From the NCBI RefSeq assembly GCF_030684315.1, contig NC_081397.1, forward strand, positions 15,090,421-15,154,420: a stretch of 64,000 bases of DNA, read 5' to 3'. The translations under genes were made by a program, and so were the position numbers. Positions 1-12,854 of the stretch are shown here, piece after piece. Source of the DNA: Stegostoma tigrinum. Its lineage: Eukaryota. Positions within the stretch are counted from its first letter, which is position 1. Every line of letters begins with the position of its first letter. Under the pieces are notes generated by a model. That model made no database searches. It was not told the DNA's origin and saw nothing but the letters and a program-made list of their open reading frames with translations.

Positions 1-180
1 TTCCTGACGAAATGGTCGATGTGGCTACAATTACAACATTAAAACGGCATTTGGATTAGTACGTGAACATGACAGGTTTGAAAGGAAACAGGCCAGGGTC
101 AGGTGGGTGGAACTAGTTCAGTTCGGCATTAAATTCGGCATGTTATGGCTGGACTGAAGGATATGCTGAATGATTCGATA
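1..180 (+). mobile_element. CR1-type LINE 3' end fragment
   Basis: Typical CR1 3' text (..ACAACATTAAAACGGCATTTGGAT..GGACTGAAGG..TGATTCGAT); inverted homologue at ~24265-24450 upstream of the second H1. Confidence 0.7.
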
Positions 181-609
181 TGAGAGAGAAACGGACACAG
201 GCTATTGAGTTGGATGACCTGCCATTTTCATGAGGACTGGGAGGAGAGGTTTGAAGGGCTGATTTGTTAGTTTCAGTTGCTATTATTTGTGTTTCTCTGC
301 CTGTTTATTCCCAGAAAAATACTGACCTGGGTGATCAATGTAACTTCAAACCAGATGATTGGCTCTTGCAGCTGAATCAGGAGAAGAGCGAATCTCCGGC
401 GCTCCGTCCTCAGAGAGTTTAACAGTGACTGAGGAGAGAGAAAAAAACTACAACGAACTCCCTGGGTATCGGAGCAAAGGCTGAAAGGAAAATAAATTAT
501 ATCCGCCCACATTTATATTTCGCGATATTTCTAGCCTGCGACTGTATGGATGTGAATATTGTGCCAGAGAGACTGTAGGTAAAGGGCGGTCGGGAGAGTT
601 TAACGTAAC

Positions 610-1036
610 TGTGTTTGTGTGTCCGCTCATATCATGATATTTCCCAGTCTGTCTTGAGCAAATTAAAAAGATTTTCGATTCAACTTATCCCCCTGCTCCC
701 TCACTAAACCCCAAAGCTAGAATTCAAGGCAACGTGTTTGTTGCTTTCTAGATTTCAGCCCAAAAGTGATGATAATGCCAGCGCTCAGCTCAGACAGCGC
801 GATCAGTGCAGCAGCAAAATGCGTTTAACTCGACAACGGAGCCGTCAATTCGAGTGAAAACCTTTCGGCCGCAAACCTTCCTTTGTCAGGGTCAGGAACG
901 ATCGAGCCTGGCTCTCTGGAGATGCGGAATTGCAGAGGAATTGGAGAGTTTCTGCCGAGAGAGAAACACAGACAGGCAGCAGGAGCAGGGAGCTGAGGGC
1001 AGGTTGTCTCCGCGCCGTCCGCTCGCTGCCTTTAAG
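610..1036 (+). promoter_or_regulatory. Histone H1 promoter: TG box, H1/AC box, H4-box-like element, TATA-like
   Basis: TGTGTTT 610-616; AAACACA 964-970; GGTTGTCTCCGCGCCGTCCGC 1002-1022; TTTAAG 1031-1036; all retained in the paralogue at ~23373-23798. Confidence 0.75.
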
Positions 1037-1116
1037 TTGCTCAGTGCCGCCACCAGCAGCTTCATTGCTGACCCAGTTCAGTCTGACAGAGAGAGATTCA
1101 GCGCAGAGTTCCCGAC

Positions 1117-1725
1117 ATGAGCGACAGTGCAGCCGCCGAAACGGCTCCTCCAGCCTCCGGCAGCACCAAACCCAAGTCTCCCAAGAAGAAGAAGGCGGCG
1201 GCTCCCAGGAAGAAACCAGCCGGTCCCGGGTTGGGCGAGCGGATTGTGAAGATTGTCGGGGAGAACAGCGATCGGAAGGGGACGTCTCTGGTCGCTATAA
1301 AGAAGGCGCTGCAGAGAAGCGGGATCAATGTGGAGAAGCAAAATGCACAGATCAGGATGGCTGCCAAGAGGTGCCTGGCGAAAGGCTCCCTGGTTCTGGT
1401 GAAGGGCCAGGGCGTCTCCGGCTCCTTCAAACTCGCAAAGAATCCAGTCAAGGCAAAAGTGGGAAAGAAGGCGAGACCAGCAGCAGCCGCCAAGAAAGCA
1501 GCCGTGAAGAAAACAACGAGCAAGAAGGTGGCAGCGAAGAAAGCGACAGGCAAGAAGGCAGCAACGCCGAAGAAACCGGCGAAGAAAGCAACGCCGAAGA
1601 AAAAGACTCCCGTGAAGAAGGTGAAAAAGACCAAGAGCCCCAAGGCCGCAAAGCCGGCCCCGAAATCGGCGAAGGCAAAGGCCAAGCCCAAAGCGAAAGT
1701 GACCAAGAAAGCAGCAAAGAAATGA
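1117..1725 (+). CDS. H1: Histone H1 (replication-dependent type), 202 aa
   Basis: Winged-helix globular domain (..SLVAIKKAL..KGQGVSGSFKLAK), K/A/P-rich tail with S/TPKK motifs, intronless, downstream stem-loop. Confidence 0.97.
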   Translation: MSDSAAAETAPPASGSTKPKSPKKKKAAAPRKKPAGPGLGERIVKIVGENSDRKGTSLVAIKKALQRSGINVEKQNAQIRMAAKRCLAKGSLVLVKGQGVSGSFKLAKNPVKAKVGKKARPAAAAKKAAVKKTTSKKVAAKKATGKKAATPKKPAKKATPKKKTPVKKVKKTKSPKAAKPAPKSAKAKAKPKAKVTKKAAKK

Positions 1726-1761
1726 TGCAGTCGGTGTAACATGTAACAACCTGAACCCAAA

Positions 1762-1801
1762 GGCTCTTCTCAGAGCCACCACATCTTTCAGGAGAGAGCT
1801 G
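1762..1801 (+). terminator. Histone 3' stem-loop plus U7 downstream element (HDE)
   Basis: CCCAAA-GGCTCT TCTC AGAGCC-ACCAC at 1762-1777; GGAGAGAGCTG at 1791-1801. Confidence 0.93.
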
Positions 1802-2800
1802 AGCCCGGATCAAATGATCCCTGTCCTAGCTCCGAGTGCAGGAATAATTTAGACACTAATTTATGTGAATAACCGTTCCGTATTTACCTATCGGATTTAC
1901 ACTCAGCCCCTCTTCCATACTCTACAATATGTGAGTGTGAGGTCCTGCTCACATAGACCATAGGCTCTAGTGCTTTGTCAGTTCATGTCAGTCTGCTTTT
2001 CACACATGCAGGGAGAGAGTCTCAAAGAGTCAAACACAGGCTCTGAAACCCCTCTTCACCACACAATCCTCAAGAAATGATTTTGTCTCATTCAGCTGGG
2101 GGAATAGAAACTGACGTAGAAATGGAAGAAACCGTGTTGTCTTGTTAAGAAAGGCCTGATCATGGGCGTTTAATTGTATCACAACTGCTTTGAAAAAAAG
2201 TCCCTGTTTTTACCTGCTTCGAACATGAAGCTCGAGACCGCAGTTCTTTTGCCGAAAATTGTGTTCACTGCATTGTTGAGAATAGTTTTATTTACAGATC
2301 CAGTTGGGGGCTGGAGTTCGCATATATTGCTGTATTTGTATTTCATTAACCGTTACAGGAATGATATTTCTTTCAGTTTTGATTCTGGGACAACTGTGAA
2401 AGTTTTAATTTACTTTCCATCTGCCTGTTGCAGGAAGCAATGCCAAATTATCTTGGGACTAATTATAAACGAGGTGAAAGATAGAAATGCCGCTAAATTG
2501 AGTTTGTGTAACTTTATTCGTTACACTGTGTTGCACCATATTAGCTTTTAAAATGCTTTATTCGGCGGTGTTTAGATGCATTAACGGCAGTTACACGTTC
2601 GGTTCATCATGTTTGTCCGGCTGTATTACACGCCCTCCCCCTTTCCTCACGCCTGTTACAGACAGATGAGGCAGTCCTGTCTCCGCTGATGTCGAGTTTA
2701 TTCAAAAAACTTAGTTTGCAAAGTACACGATTTGATCGGAGGCGGACTTTATTATCCTTTTAAATATTTACTTTAAACTCAGGATCGCGAGGGTAAAATC

Positions 2801-2966
2801 GGCGGGCTTTTTGAAAGAGGCCAACTGTCATTTCAAGTTAACCAATCAGCCTCCAAAAAATATTATTCGGCCTTTTCTGTACCTTCCGGAGCTGTTTCTC
2901 AGGGGATTGAGGGACGGGACTGTATCCAATCCCAGCTCTAGGGCGGGCTCTCCATTCCCTTAAATA
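2801..2966 (+). promoter_or_regulatory. H3 promoter: CDE/CHR-like element, two CCAAT boxes, TATA-like
   Basis: GGCGG-GCTT-TTTGAA 2801-2815; CCAAT 2842 and 2926; CTTAAATA ~2959-2966; conserved in H3 copy 2. Confidence 0.7.
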
Positions 2967-3021
2967 GGCAGCGCAGCAGCGGCGTCGGCATTGACAGCAG
3001 CAGCTTGTGTGTGTGTTGTAG

Positions 3022-3508
<487 letters not shown>

Positions 3509-3929
3509 AGCAATCGATTGGCAATGTTGGTTACTTTATTATGCGCCCAATTTTTTTCTGCTGTTGTATTGTGTCGTTTCGTCTGTTATTAAACAATTTC
3601 AATCTGGCCGAGAAGTGGATTTGTCACGTTAATTAGAAGACAAAACGGACATTGCTGTGGGGAAGATATAAATTGATGGCAGTACATAATTGAAGCCTCC
3701 CAGTGTGCTGGAGATTTCAGTGACAGGAAAGCACCTCCCTGCCTATGCTTCCCTTGGTGTTAGCCCACTCTAACTGAACACGGCTGGGAAGTTGGGCGGG
3801 AGAAATAATTGGCGCAAAATCATCAACCGCTTTTATTTCAAATCTGAAAAGCCCGCCAATATGTAGGGGGTTCAGACCAGACATCACACTTTCCCTCAGG
3901 CCCCAGCCTGTTTCGGTTGATGCTTGTCG

Positions 3930-4150
3930 CAGCAAAACCAGAAGTTGCTGAAACAGCTCAGCAGGTCTGGCAACATCTCTGAAGAAGAAAAAAAATCAGA
4001 GCTAAGTTTTCGGGTCCCGTGAGCTTTCCTCAGAACTGCAAGGGTGGCCGGAGCTGAAACGTCAACTCTGGATTTTATTTTCTGCACGACTGCCAGACCT
4101 GTTGAGCTTTTTCAGCTACTTCTGGTCTTGTTCCTGATTTATAGCATCAG
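3930..4150. mobile_element. Short fold-back repeat, probably derived from a Penelope terminal repeat (second family)
   Basis: Inverted arms (CAGAAGTTGCTG..CTCAGCAGGTCTGGCA / TGCCAGACCTGTTGAG..CAGCTACTTCTG); relatives at ~13140-13310, 27510-27720, 37120-37250, 51820-51890. Confidence 0.55.
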
Positions 4151-4249
4151 CTGTTCTTTCCATGTTCTTCGGAGGATCGATCAGGCTCGAAAGGCCATTT
4201 CCTGCTGTGTCGAGATTCCACGAAAGTTCATCCCTGTCAATGTATCAAT

Positions 4250-5353
4250 GGGGCACCAATGGAGAATGAGTTGCTGTTCCTGAAACCTATGGGTGGCATC
4301 ACTATGGCATTGCAGGAGGCCCAGGTTGGACATGTCGTCTGAGGAATGGGAGTGGGAGTTAAAATAGTTCATGAGTGGGAGGTGAACTCTGACACTTCCA
4401 CCATCTACAATCCGACCCCACCACAAGACATTTTTTCCATCCCCACTCTGATCTACCTTTCGGAGAGACCACTCTGTCTGCGACTCCCTTGTCCACTCCA
4501 CACTCCCCTCCACCCCCACCACACCTGGCACTTTCACCTGCCACTGCAGGAAGTGCTCCACTTGCCCCCCACCCCTCCTCCCTCAACTACATCCCAGGCC
4601 CCAAGATGATCCACATCTAGCAGATGTTCACCTGCACATCTGCCAATGTGTTATTCTGGATCCACCGTACCCGTTGTGGCTGCCTCTACATTGGGGAAAC
4701 CAAGTGGAGGCTTAGGGACAGCTTTGCAGAACACCTACACTCGGTTTGCTATAAACAACTGCACCTCCCAGTCGCGAACCATTTTAACTCACCCTTCCAC
4801 TTCTTAGGCAAATGTCCCTCCTGGGCCTCCTGCAGTGCAATAATGATGCCACTCGAAGGTTGCAGGAACAGCAACTCATGTTCCACTTGGGAACCCTGCA
4901 GCCTAGTGCTATCGATTTCACCAGCTTCAAAATCTCCCCTCTCCCCACTGCATCCCAAAACCAGCCCAGCTCGCCCCCACCCTGTCTCCCTAACCCTTTC
5001 TTCCTCTCACCTATCCCCTCCTCCCACCTCAAGCCACATCTCAATTTCTTACCTACTGACCTTATCTCCCCCCCTTGACCTGTCCATCCTCCCCAGGCTG
5101 ATCTATCCCCTCCCTAACTCCTCACCTATACTCGCTACTCCACCTATCTTCTCCTTCATCCATCTTCAGTCTGCCTCCCACTATCTCCCTATTTATTTCA
5201 GATTTGCCTCCCCAGCCCCCATTTTCTGATGAAGGGGCTAGGCCCAAAACATCAGCTTTTGTGCTCCTAAGATGCTGCTTGGCCTGCTGTGTCAATCCAG
5301 CCCCACACTTTGTTATCTCAGATTCTCCAGCATCTGCAGTTCCCATTTTCTCT
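4250..5353 (+). mobile_element. Degenerate Penelope-like element (GIY-YIG endonuclease plus terminal repeat) with a short inverted 5' piece
   Basis: ORF 4624 (FTCTSANVLFWIHRTRCGCLYIGETKWRL..EH); homologous to 6693-7515; decayed hammerhead at ~5226-5253. Confidence 0.85.
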
Positions 5354-5619
5354 GACTTAAATAGATGGTAATTGCTTTGTTTGCCAGGGGTGAAGCACAT
5401 GGTCCATACCCCACTAAGGCTTGTCACCCTGGAAATGGAGTCAAAAAAAGCAACTTGAGCAAATGGAAGTGGCTGAACAATGAGTTACTGGAGTTTATTA
5501 TGTTCTCTCTCCCTTTTAGGTGTGACTCCACACTCCCATCACTGATATTGACTTATATATAATGGCTCTATGGCAATTACAGGTGGTTTAGCCGAGCCAG
5601 AAATGCTAATAATCTGATG

Positions 5620-5870
5620 AACAAGTTCAAACCGCTTTAACCTCTGTATTTATGATAAATGTAACATGCATGCAGGCTTCAGGGCTTTGATGATTAGGGT
5701 TGAATATGTTTCTAGTGCTGACACCTGCTCACAAGCTACTGGAGGCATGAGGGGTTGACAGTAAATATGCCAGTTTCCCACATTTTGAACAAGTGGGCGA
5801 AGGTAAATTCAGCAATGTGTCTTGTTTTTAAGGACGTGCTCTTTTCATATAATTGAGGCAGAGACAGATG
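5620..5870 (-). mobile_element. Possible hAT-like transposase C-terminal remnant
   Basis: Frameshifted translation FAHLFKM..PHAS-VACEQVS resembles the hAT dimerisation motif (..P.S.A.CERVFS); weak, by eye only. Confidence 0.25.
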
Positions 5871-5883
5871 TTCAACGTGAAAT

Positions 5884-7515
5884 AGATAATAAAATGTGAG
5901 GCTGGATGAACACAGCAGGCCAAGCAGCATCTCAGGAGCACAAAAGCTGACGTTTCGGGCCTAGACCCTTCTTCAGAGAGGGGGATGGGGGGAGGGAACT
6001 GGAATAAATAGGGAGAGAGGGGGAGGCGGACCGAAGATGGAGAGCAAAGAAGATAGGTGGAGAGGGTGTAGGTGGGGAGGTAGGGAGGGGATAGGTCAGT
6101 CCAGGGAAGACGGACAGGTCAAGGAGGTGGGATGAGGTTAGTAGGTAGCTGGGGGTGCGGCTGGGGGTGGGAGGAAGGGATGGGTGAGAGGAAGAACCGG
6201 TTAGGGAGGCAGAGACAGGTTGGACTGGTTTTGGGATGCAGTGGGTGGGGGGGAAGAGCTGGGCTGGTTGTGTGGTGCAGTGGGGGGAGGGGATGAACTG
6301 GGCTGGTTTAGGGATGCAGTGGGGGAAGGGGAGATTTTGAAACTGGTGAAGTCCAGGGAGACCGCGTCTCCCGCAACACATCCCTCACACCCCGCCCCCG
6401 CCACAACCGCCCCAAGAGGATCCCCCTCGTTCTCACACACCACCCTACCAACCTCCGGATACAACGCATTATCCTCCGACACTTCCGCCATTTACAATCC
6501 GACCCCACCACCCAAGACATTTTTCCATCCCCACCCCTGTCTGCTTTCCGGAGAGACCACTCTCTCCGTGACTCCCTTGTTCGCTCCACACTGCCCTCCA
6601 ACCCCACCACACCCGGCACCTTCCCCTGCAACCGCAGGAAATGCTACACTTGTCCCCACACCTCCTCCCTCACCCCCATCCCAGGCCCCAAGATGACATT
6701 CCACATTAAGCAGAGGTTCACCTGCACATCTGCCAATGTGGTATACTGCATCCACTGTACCCGGTGCGGCTTTCTCTACATTGGGGAAACCAAGCGGAGG
6801 CTTGGGGACCGCTTTGCAGAACACCTCCGCTCAGTTCGCAACAAACAACTGCACCTCCCAGTCGCAAACCATTTCCACTCCCCCTCCCATTCTCTTGATG
6901 ACATGTCCATCATGGGCCTCCTGCACTGCCACAATGATGCCACCCGAAGGTTGCAGGAACAGCAACTCATATTCCGCCTGGGAACCCTGCAGCCATATGG
7001 TATCAATGTGGACTTCACCAGTTTCAAAATCTCCCCTTCCCCCACTGCATCCCTAAACCAGCCCAGTTCATCCCCTCCCCCCACTGCACCACACAACCAG
7101 CCCAGCTCTTCCCCCCCACCCACTGCATCCCAAAACCAGTCCAACCTGTCTCTGCCTCCCTAACCGGTTCTTCCTCTCACCCATCCCTTCCTCCCACCCC
7201 CAGCCGCACCCCCAGCTAACCTACTAACCTCATCCCACCTCCTTGACCTGTCCGTCTTCCCTGGACTGACCTATCCCCTCCCTACCTCCCCACCTACACC
7301 CTCTCCACCTATCTTCTTTGCTCTCCATCTTCGGTCCGCCTCCCCCTCTCTCCCTATTTATTCCAGTTCCCTCCCCCCATCCCCCTCTCTGAAGAAGGGT
7401 CTAGGCCCGAAACGTCAGCTTTTGTGCTCCTGAGATGCTGCTTGGCCTGCTGTGTTCATCCAGCCTCACATTTTATTATCTTGGAATCTCCAGCATCTGC
7501 AGTTCCCATTATCTC
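5884..7515 (+). mobile_element. Young 5'-truncated Penelope-like element with an inverted terminal-repeat arm and 13-bp TSD
   Basis: GIY-YIG ORF 6693-7163 (VVYCIHCTRCGFLYIGETKRRLGDRFAEH..E..GIN); arm 5884-~6354 is the reverse complement of ~7010-7480; TTCAACGTGAAAT at 5871-5883 and 7516-7528. Confidence 0.93.
7389..7416 (+). ncRNA. Minimal hammerhead ribozyme motif (Penelope-associated)
   Basis: CUGAAGA-A-GGGU CUAG GCCC-GAAA-CG-UC, with cleavage predicted before AGCUUUU; same intact core at 5949-5976(-), 47740-47767(+), 49068-49095(-), 50372-50399(+). Confidence 0.8.
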
Positions 7516-7969
7516 TTCAACGTGAAATGATTGCCTTTTAAAACTGCTTGGAAAGAATGTGTGAATTGACAATATCTTGGCCACACACCTTCTCTTCACA
7601 AAAAGAAAAATCAGTTGTCAAACTGGAACCTGATCAGAAGTTGCCGTTTTTGTTTTTGTTTCATGATATTTGAACACATACAATTTAGCTGCATTAACCA
7701 CCACTGAACTGAAACCTCCAACTGGCCCATTATCACATCTTGTACAAAACTTCTTTCAGGGGGCACTGGGGTGGCTTTTTCAGCCTTTTGAAAATAAGGT
7801 TGTATCTTGTTTAACTTCTGTTTCAACATTTGTTGCTGATGGTATCCTTCGGAAAATTTGGCCAATATATTGAGAACAGTAGTTGGGAGGACAAGTTGCA
7901 GCTTTACAGGACATGGATTAGAACACTTGGAATAATGCATTCAATTCTGGTCTCTCTGCTACAGGAATT

Positions 7970-9620
7970 TAGTTAGATTTATTGTGACATGTTCCTAAAT
8001 AGTGAATGGTTTTGTTGGCGAGCAGTATAGCCAGATCATAGTCAGTAAGCACATACAGGTCATAATGTGAAAAATGGAAATGATAAGGCATACAAGTTAC
8101 ACTCCACAGGATGTATGCAGGCAAGATCAACACTTTTGAAATTTAAGATTCCATTAGTCAGTCTAACAATGACAGGGAAGAATCTGTTCTTGAACCTGCT
8201 GGTGTGGGTGTTCGAGCTTCTGTATCTTCTGCCTGATGCAAGAGGTTGTAGGAGGGCACCACTGGGGTTGGATGGATTTTGATGTCTCAGGCTTTGCACA
8301 GCAATGAGAGCCCATGGTTGGGAAGTTGGGTGCCATGACGGTGTGGGGTGTGAACACAACCTTCCATAGTTGCTCGTGGAACAGGACAGAGCAGGTTCCA
8401 TATCAGGCCTTGATGAACCCAGACAGTATGCTTTCTATGGTGCATGAGTAACATGCCAAATACATGAGCAGCCTCAGGAAGACGAGGCCTTTTTGTGCCT
8501 TCATTACCATTGCATCTATGTGGGAAGTCCCATGAAGGTTGTTGGTTATTGTAACTCTTGGGAAATTGACACTCTCAGCACCCTGCTCTGTTGATGGACC
8601 TGAGGGTGTGTTCTGCTCTTTTCCTTCTGAAACCAATTATAAGTTCTTTTGTTTTGTGACCATTCAGTTTTCTTTTTATAATTGCACCACGTCACCAAAC
8701 CCTCCATCTCTTTCCTGTCATCTGAATCATCATTATTTATTATCCATCCCATCATAGTGTTGTCAACAGCAAACTTATAGGTGGCATTCATTCAGAATTT
8801 GACAACAATAGTGAGTATACAAGGAGTACAGTAGGGACCTGAGAATGCATTCTTGAGGGTTGCAGTGTTTGAATGTCCTCGCAGAGGAGATTCAGTTGCC
8901 TATCTTCTTGATTTATGGTCTGTGTTTCAGGAAGCTGAGGAGTCAGTTGCACAGGGAGGAGCCAAGCCTGAGGTGTTAGTTTTGAGTTCCGTCTTGCAGG
9001 GACAATGGTGTTGAAGACTGAGCTGTAGTTGATGAGCAGAAGCCTGATTGTAGGTGGCCTTGTTGCCCAGATGTTCCAGGGATGATTGCAGGGCTGGGAA
9101 AAGGGCATCTGCTGTGGGCCTGTTGCATTAGTGGGAAAATTGCAAGGGATTGAGGCAGGCTGAAAGTCGAGAGTTCAAGTGGGCCATGACCAGCATCTCT
9201 GAGCACTTCATGATTTTGGATGCCAGAGCCACTGGGCAGTACAGATGAAGTCATACTGCATGTAGATTTTAGGACTGGGATAATGGTGGTCTTCTCAAGC
9301 AGGTGCAGAGTACAGCTTGTCAGAGGGAGACAAAGATGTCAGAGAGTACCTCCCCACAGGAATTACATGCAGAGTTGGTGCTTCAGTCCAGGTCTGTTAC
9401 TTTCCTTGGGTGTTCTCACCAGGAAGACGGATCTGACAACTGCAGTGACCGATAGAACAGGTGCGTTGAGGCCTGGCGGGGCAGTGGACACCACGCTGCT
9501 GGCATTCTGTGTCAACCAAGCATGGACAGCATCAGGGTGGGAACTGTCTTTGTCCACTATCTTGCTTTGCTCAGTTTGGTTGGTTGGGGCCACTAAACTG
9601 TTCCAGTCCTGCCTCTTGGT
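7970..9620 (-). mobile_element. Degenerate Rex1/Babar-clade LINE (RT plus C-terminal region)
   Basis: Fragments YKFAVDNT..LVTWC, KAQKGLVFLRLL, TIESILSG, SGRRYRSSNTHTSRFKNRFFP in broken frames. Confidence 0.8.
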
Positions 9621-9894
9621 ATCTTTGATGGATTTGCTGAAGCCTTCTCCGCTGAATTTTCTGAAACAGCCCTGGTCGTCCCCTTTTGATGCTGCACTCC
9701 TGGTCTGCTGTAGGGAATGGATTAGACAGTTCATCCAAGGTTTCAAGATGATGAACAGCCAGATTGACGAGAAGCTTTTGTTTTTAACTTTAAGCTTAAA
9801 CATTCATAAAAGATTTGTAAGGGGCTCAGCTTCAGGGAGAAGCTGTACAGGCCAGGGCTACTTCTCCCAGGATAAAAGGTAGGCTGGTGGGTGG

Positions 9895-10110
9895 CCTTCG
9901 TGTCTTTGAGGATTTCCTCTAGGTGCTCTGGTTTCCTCCATAGTCCAAAGATGTGCACTTTATGTGGCATGGCTATGCTATGGGCCCAGTGTGTCCAGAG
10001 AAAGACAGAGTGACAGGGATATGGAAGGGCACTTTGTGAGAGATGCTCTTCAGAGGGTCAGTCGGGCCTCGATGGGCCGAATGGCCTGCTTCCACACTGT
10101 GAGGACTCGA
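9895..10110 (+). mobile_element. HE1-like (V-domain) SINE fragment
   Basis: GGTGCTCTGGTTTCCTCC..CCAAAGATGTGC core plus CR1-like tail GATGGGCCGAATGGCCTGCTTCCACACTGT. Confidence 0.7.
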
Positions 10111-10576
10111 TAATATCAAAGGCAGGAAAATGAGCTGCACCTGAGATTAATGCGCAGAGGGTCAGCGGCCGTTCATTATCAGAAGCAAATGACCCTGCAA
10201 CGTGCTGTCCCGGGTCACTTTCGCTTTCTCTAATGCGATGAAGGGAGATGTGAAATTGGCAGTGAACAACAAGCAGTCGGACTGGAAAACGTATTTGCAA
10301 AACGATTATTCTGTTCTCCAATTATGTCATACATTGTAATTTATAATAAGCTCATCATAACTTCTTCCTGCTCATCGGCTGCCAGCTCTGAATGGAAATA
10401 TTACCGAAATCAGGAGCAGCAGGATGGATTTCATTTTCTATCGAACTGTGACAACTACAGGATCAATGAATGATGTGATTGAAATTTGACGTTGCGAAGT
10501 CCCAGGCTCTGTATATTTAAAATTAAATCAATCGAACAGAAACGAGGTCTGAGACTCTTTCACTGATGTTGTGGGT

Positions 10577-10592
10577 GGCTCTGAAAAGAGCC
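10577..10592 (-). terminator. Histone stem-loop (H2A)
   Basis: Reverse complement GGCTCTTTTCAGAGCC-ACCCA, followed by purine-rich GAAAAGAG. Confidence 0.93.
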
Positions 10593-10622
10593 TTTGGATT
10601 GTCAAGTTACAGAACGGTCTCT

Positions 10623-11075
<453 letters not shown>

Positions 11076-11749
11076 TTATACCTTCGGGAGGAATGGGGGT
11101 GCGGCCATTGCTGATTGGTCACATTGTTCAGTATCTCCTAATGTCGTTTCAATGCCCAATCAGATATCTGCTTCCCTCACCAATCCGGAGAGGGCCCGGG
11201 GAGGAGGCCGGAAAATCCCGGCGCCAAATCTTCAACCGCTTTCTTTCAAACTCGAAAAGCCCGCCAATATTTAACGAAAACTCGGACGTTGAACAGAACA
11301 GAATGCGCGAATACATTTACTTTTAGATTATGAATGTATATTTGACTTCATCTCCCTTTCCCGCATTCCCGAACCGAGTGGAATGTCCATTTCTGACCTT
11401 GAATCGGATTTTCAAAAACTTAAATGCAAGCGGCAAAAAGGGGCCCGAAATCTGCACCTGCATATTCATTTCACATTTCAAAAACACCTCGATATGTTAA
11501 TAAACCAAACGATAACTTTTTTTTCCTGAAAGAGAGCATTAATCGTGCGCACCATCTTTAGACACTATTTTAAATTGCCTGTTCCGTCAAGGCCCTTTAC
11601 TTTTTGTTTCCTCGAAAGGTTTGACATCCTTCTTCAAATCTCCAACATATCGAGGCCCAAACTATTCGTACATTCCTCAGACACCTGCCAGCGTGTCTCG
11701 GTATCAGTTTTACTCGGATTACCTTGGGTCACAGACGAGTGCTGACGTA

Positions 11750-12170
11750 CTGTGACCAGTGCTTTTTGCTTTCTGTTGATTTGACAAATTTTACTCTCTC
11801 TCCCACTTCGGCTCTCCAATCAGTGTCACTATCAGTTTCTGCTGCAAGATATGAGTGTAGTTATCCATATAGCCTGTCAATTTCTGCAATGTCAATATGT
11901 CTGTTTAGTTATCCATTTATATTTCTCATTTTCTGCTCCGTGAGAGTGTGTCTGTGAGAGTGTGTATGTGTGTAGTTACCAATACATAGGTGTCAGATAC
12001 TGCACTGTTGATATGCATATAGTTATCAAAGTGTACCTGTCAGTTCACGCTGTATGACATTGGGAGGGTTATTACCAAGCTGTTCCTGTCCATTTCTGCT
12101 TCATGGATACGTGAAGTTCATGATCAGTACGTACCTATGAGAATCTGCTTGTGAAAATTGGAGTGTAGTT
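11750..12170 (-). repeat. Degenerate ~49-bp tandem array
   Basis: Recurring CTGTCAGTTTCTGC..TGTGAAT..GTAGTTATCAATC variants. Confidence 0.6.
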
Positions 12171-12854
12171 ACATTGAACATTACAGCACAGTACAGGCCC
12201 TTCAGCCCTCAATAGTATGCCAACCTGTCATACCGATCTGAAGTCCATCTAACCTACACTATTCCATGTATGTCCACATGCTACTCCAATGACAACTTAA
12301 ATGTACCTAAAGTTGGTGAATCTACTACCGTTATCACACTGCACCTAAAAAAAATGTTAAGTCTGTGGATATTTAAATGCATTTATAAAATTGGACCTGT
12401 GAAGTTATGCTGTGAAACTGGAGTGTTAGCAACAGAGAAGAACGGATTGTTGATATGCTGTGGATATATAAGCGTATTTATCATTTGGGTACATGTAGTT
12501 TGATATGTGAGCATAAATATTAATTTGTACATATCATTTTTCAAATGTGAATTTGAGAATGGTATAGCAAACTTTTTTTCCATATATCAGAGTGTCAACC
12601 TGTTTTTTGCCTGTTTCTACAGGGTGAATGATTGAGCAGAGGAATCAACACATGCTTGTCAGTTTCTATTTGACAACACGGCTGAACTTTGGCAGCCAGT
12701 AATATTCTCTGTGACAATGCAATTTGTTATGTGGTAGCTGTTATCAGAGTCATTTAATGCAGATTATATTCAGTTTGAGTGTGTATTTTGGACAAGTATT
12801 CAGTCTGTCCATCTTCAAAAACGGTGTAAATGTCAATGGGCTGTGAATGCAGAA

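Noticed and set aside
930-1813. Long overlapping and antisense ORFs over H1 (also 22594-23365) and over H2A, H2B, H3 and H4
   Set aside because: Shadow frames caused by GC-rich, biased histone codon usage; no independent signals.
6693-7163. GIY-YIG ORF as a stand-alone nuclease gene
   Set aside because: It is the C-terminal domain of a truncated Penelope polyprotein, repeated several times and flanked by a TSD.
9220-9882. 220-aa ORF
   Set aside because: Lies largely antisense to a decayed Rex1/Babar LINE; no recognisable domain.
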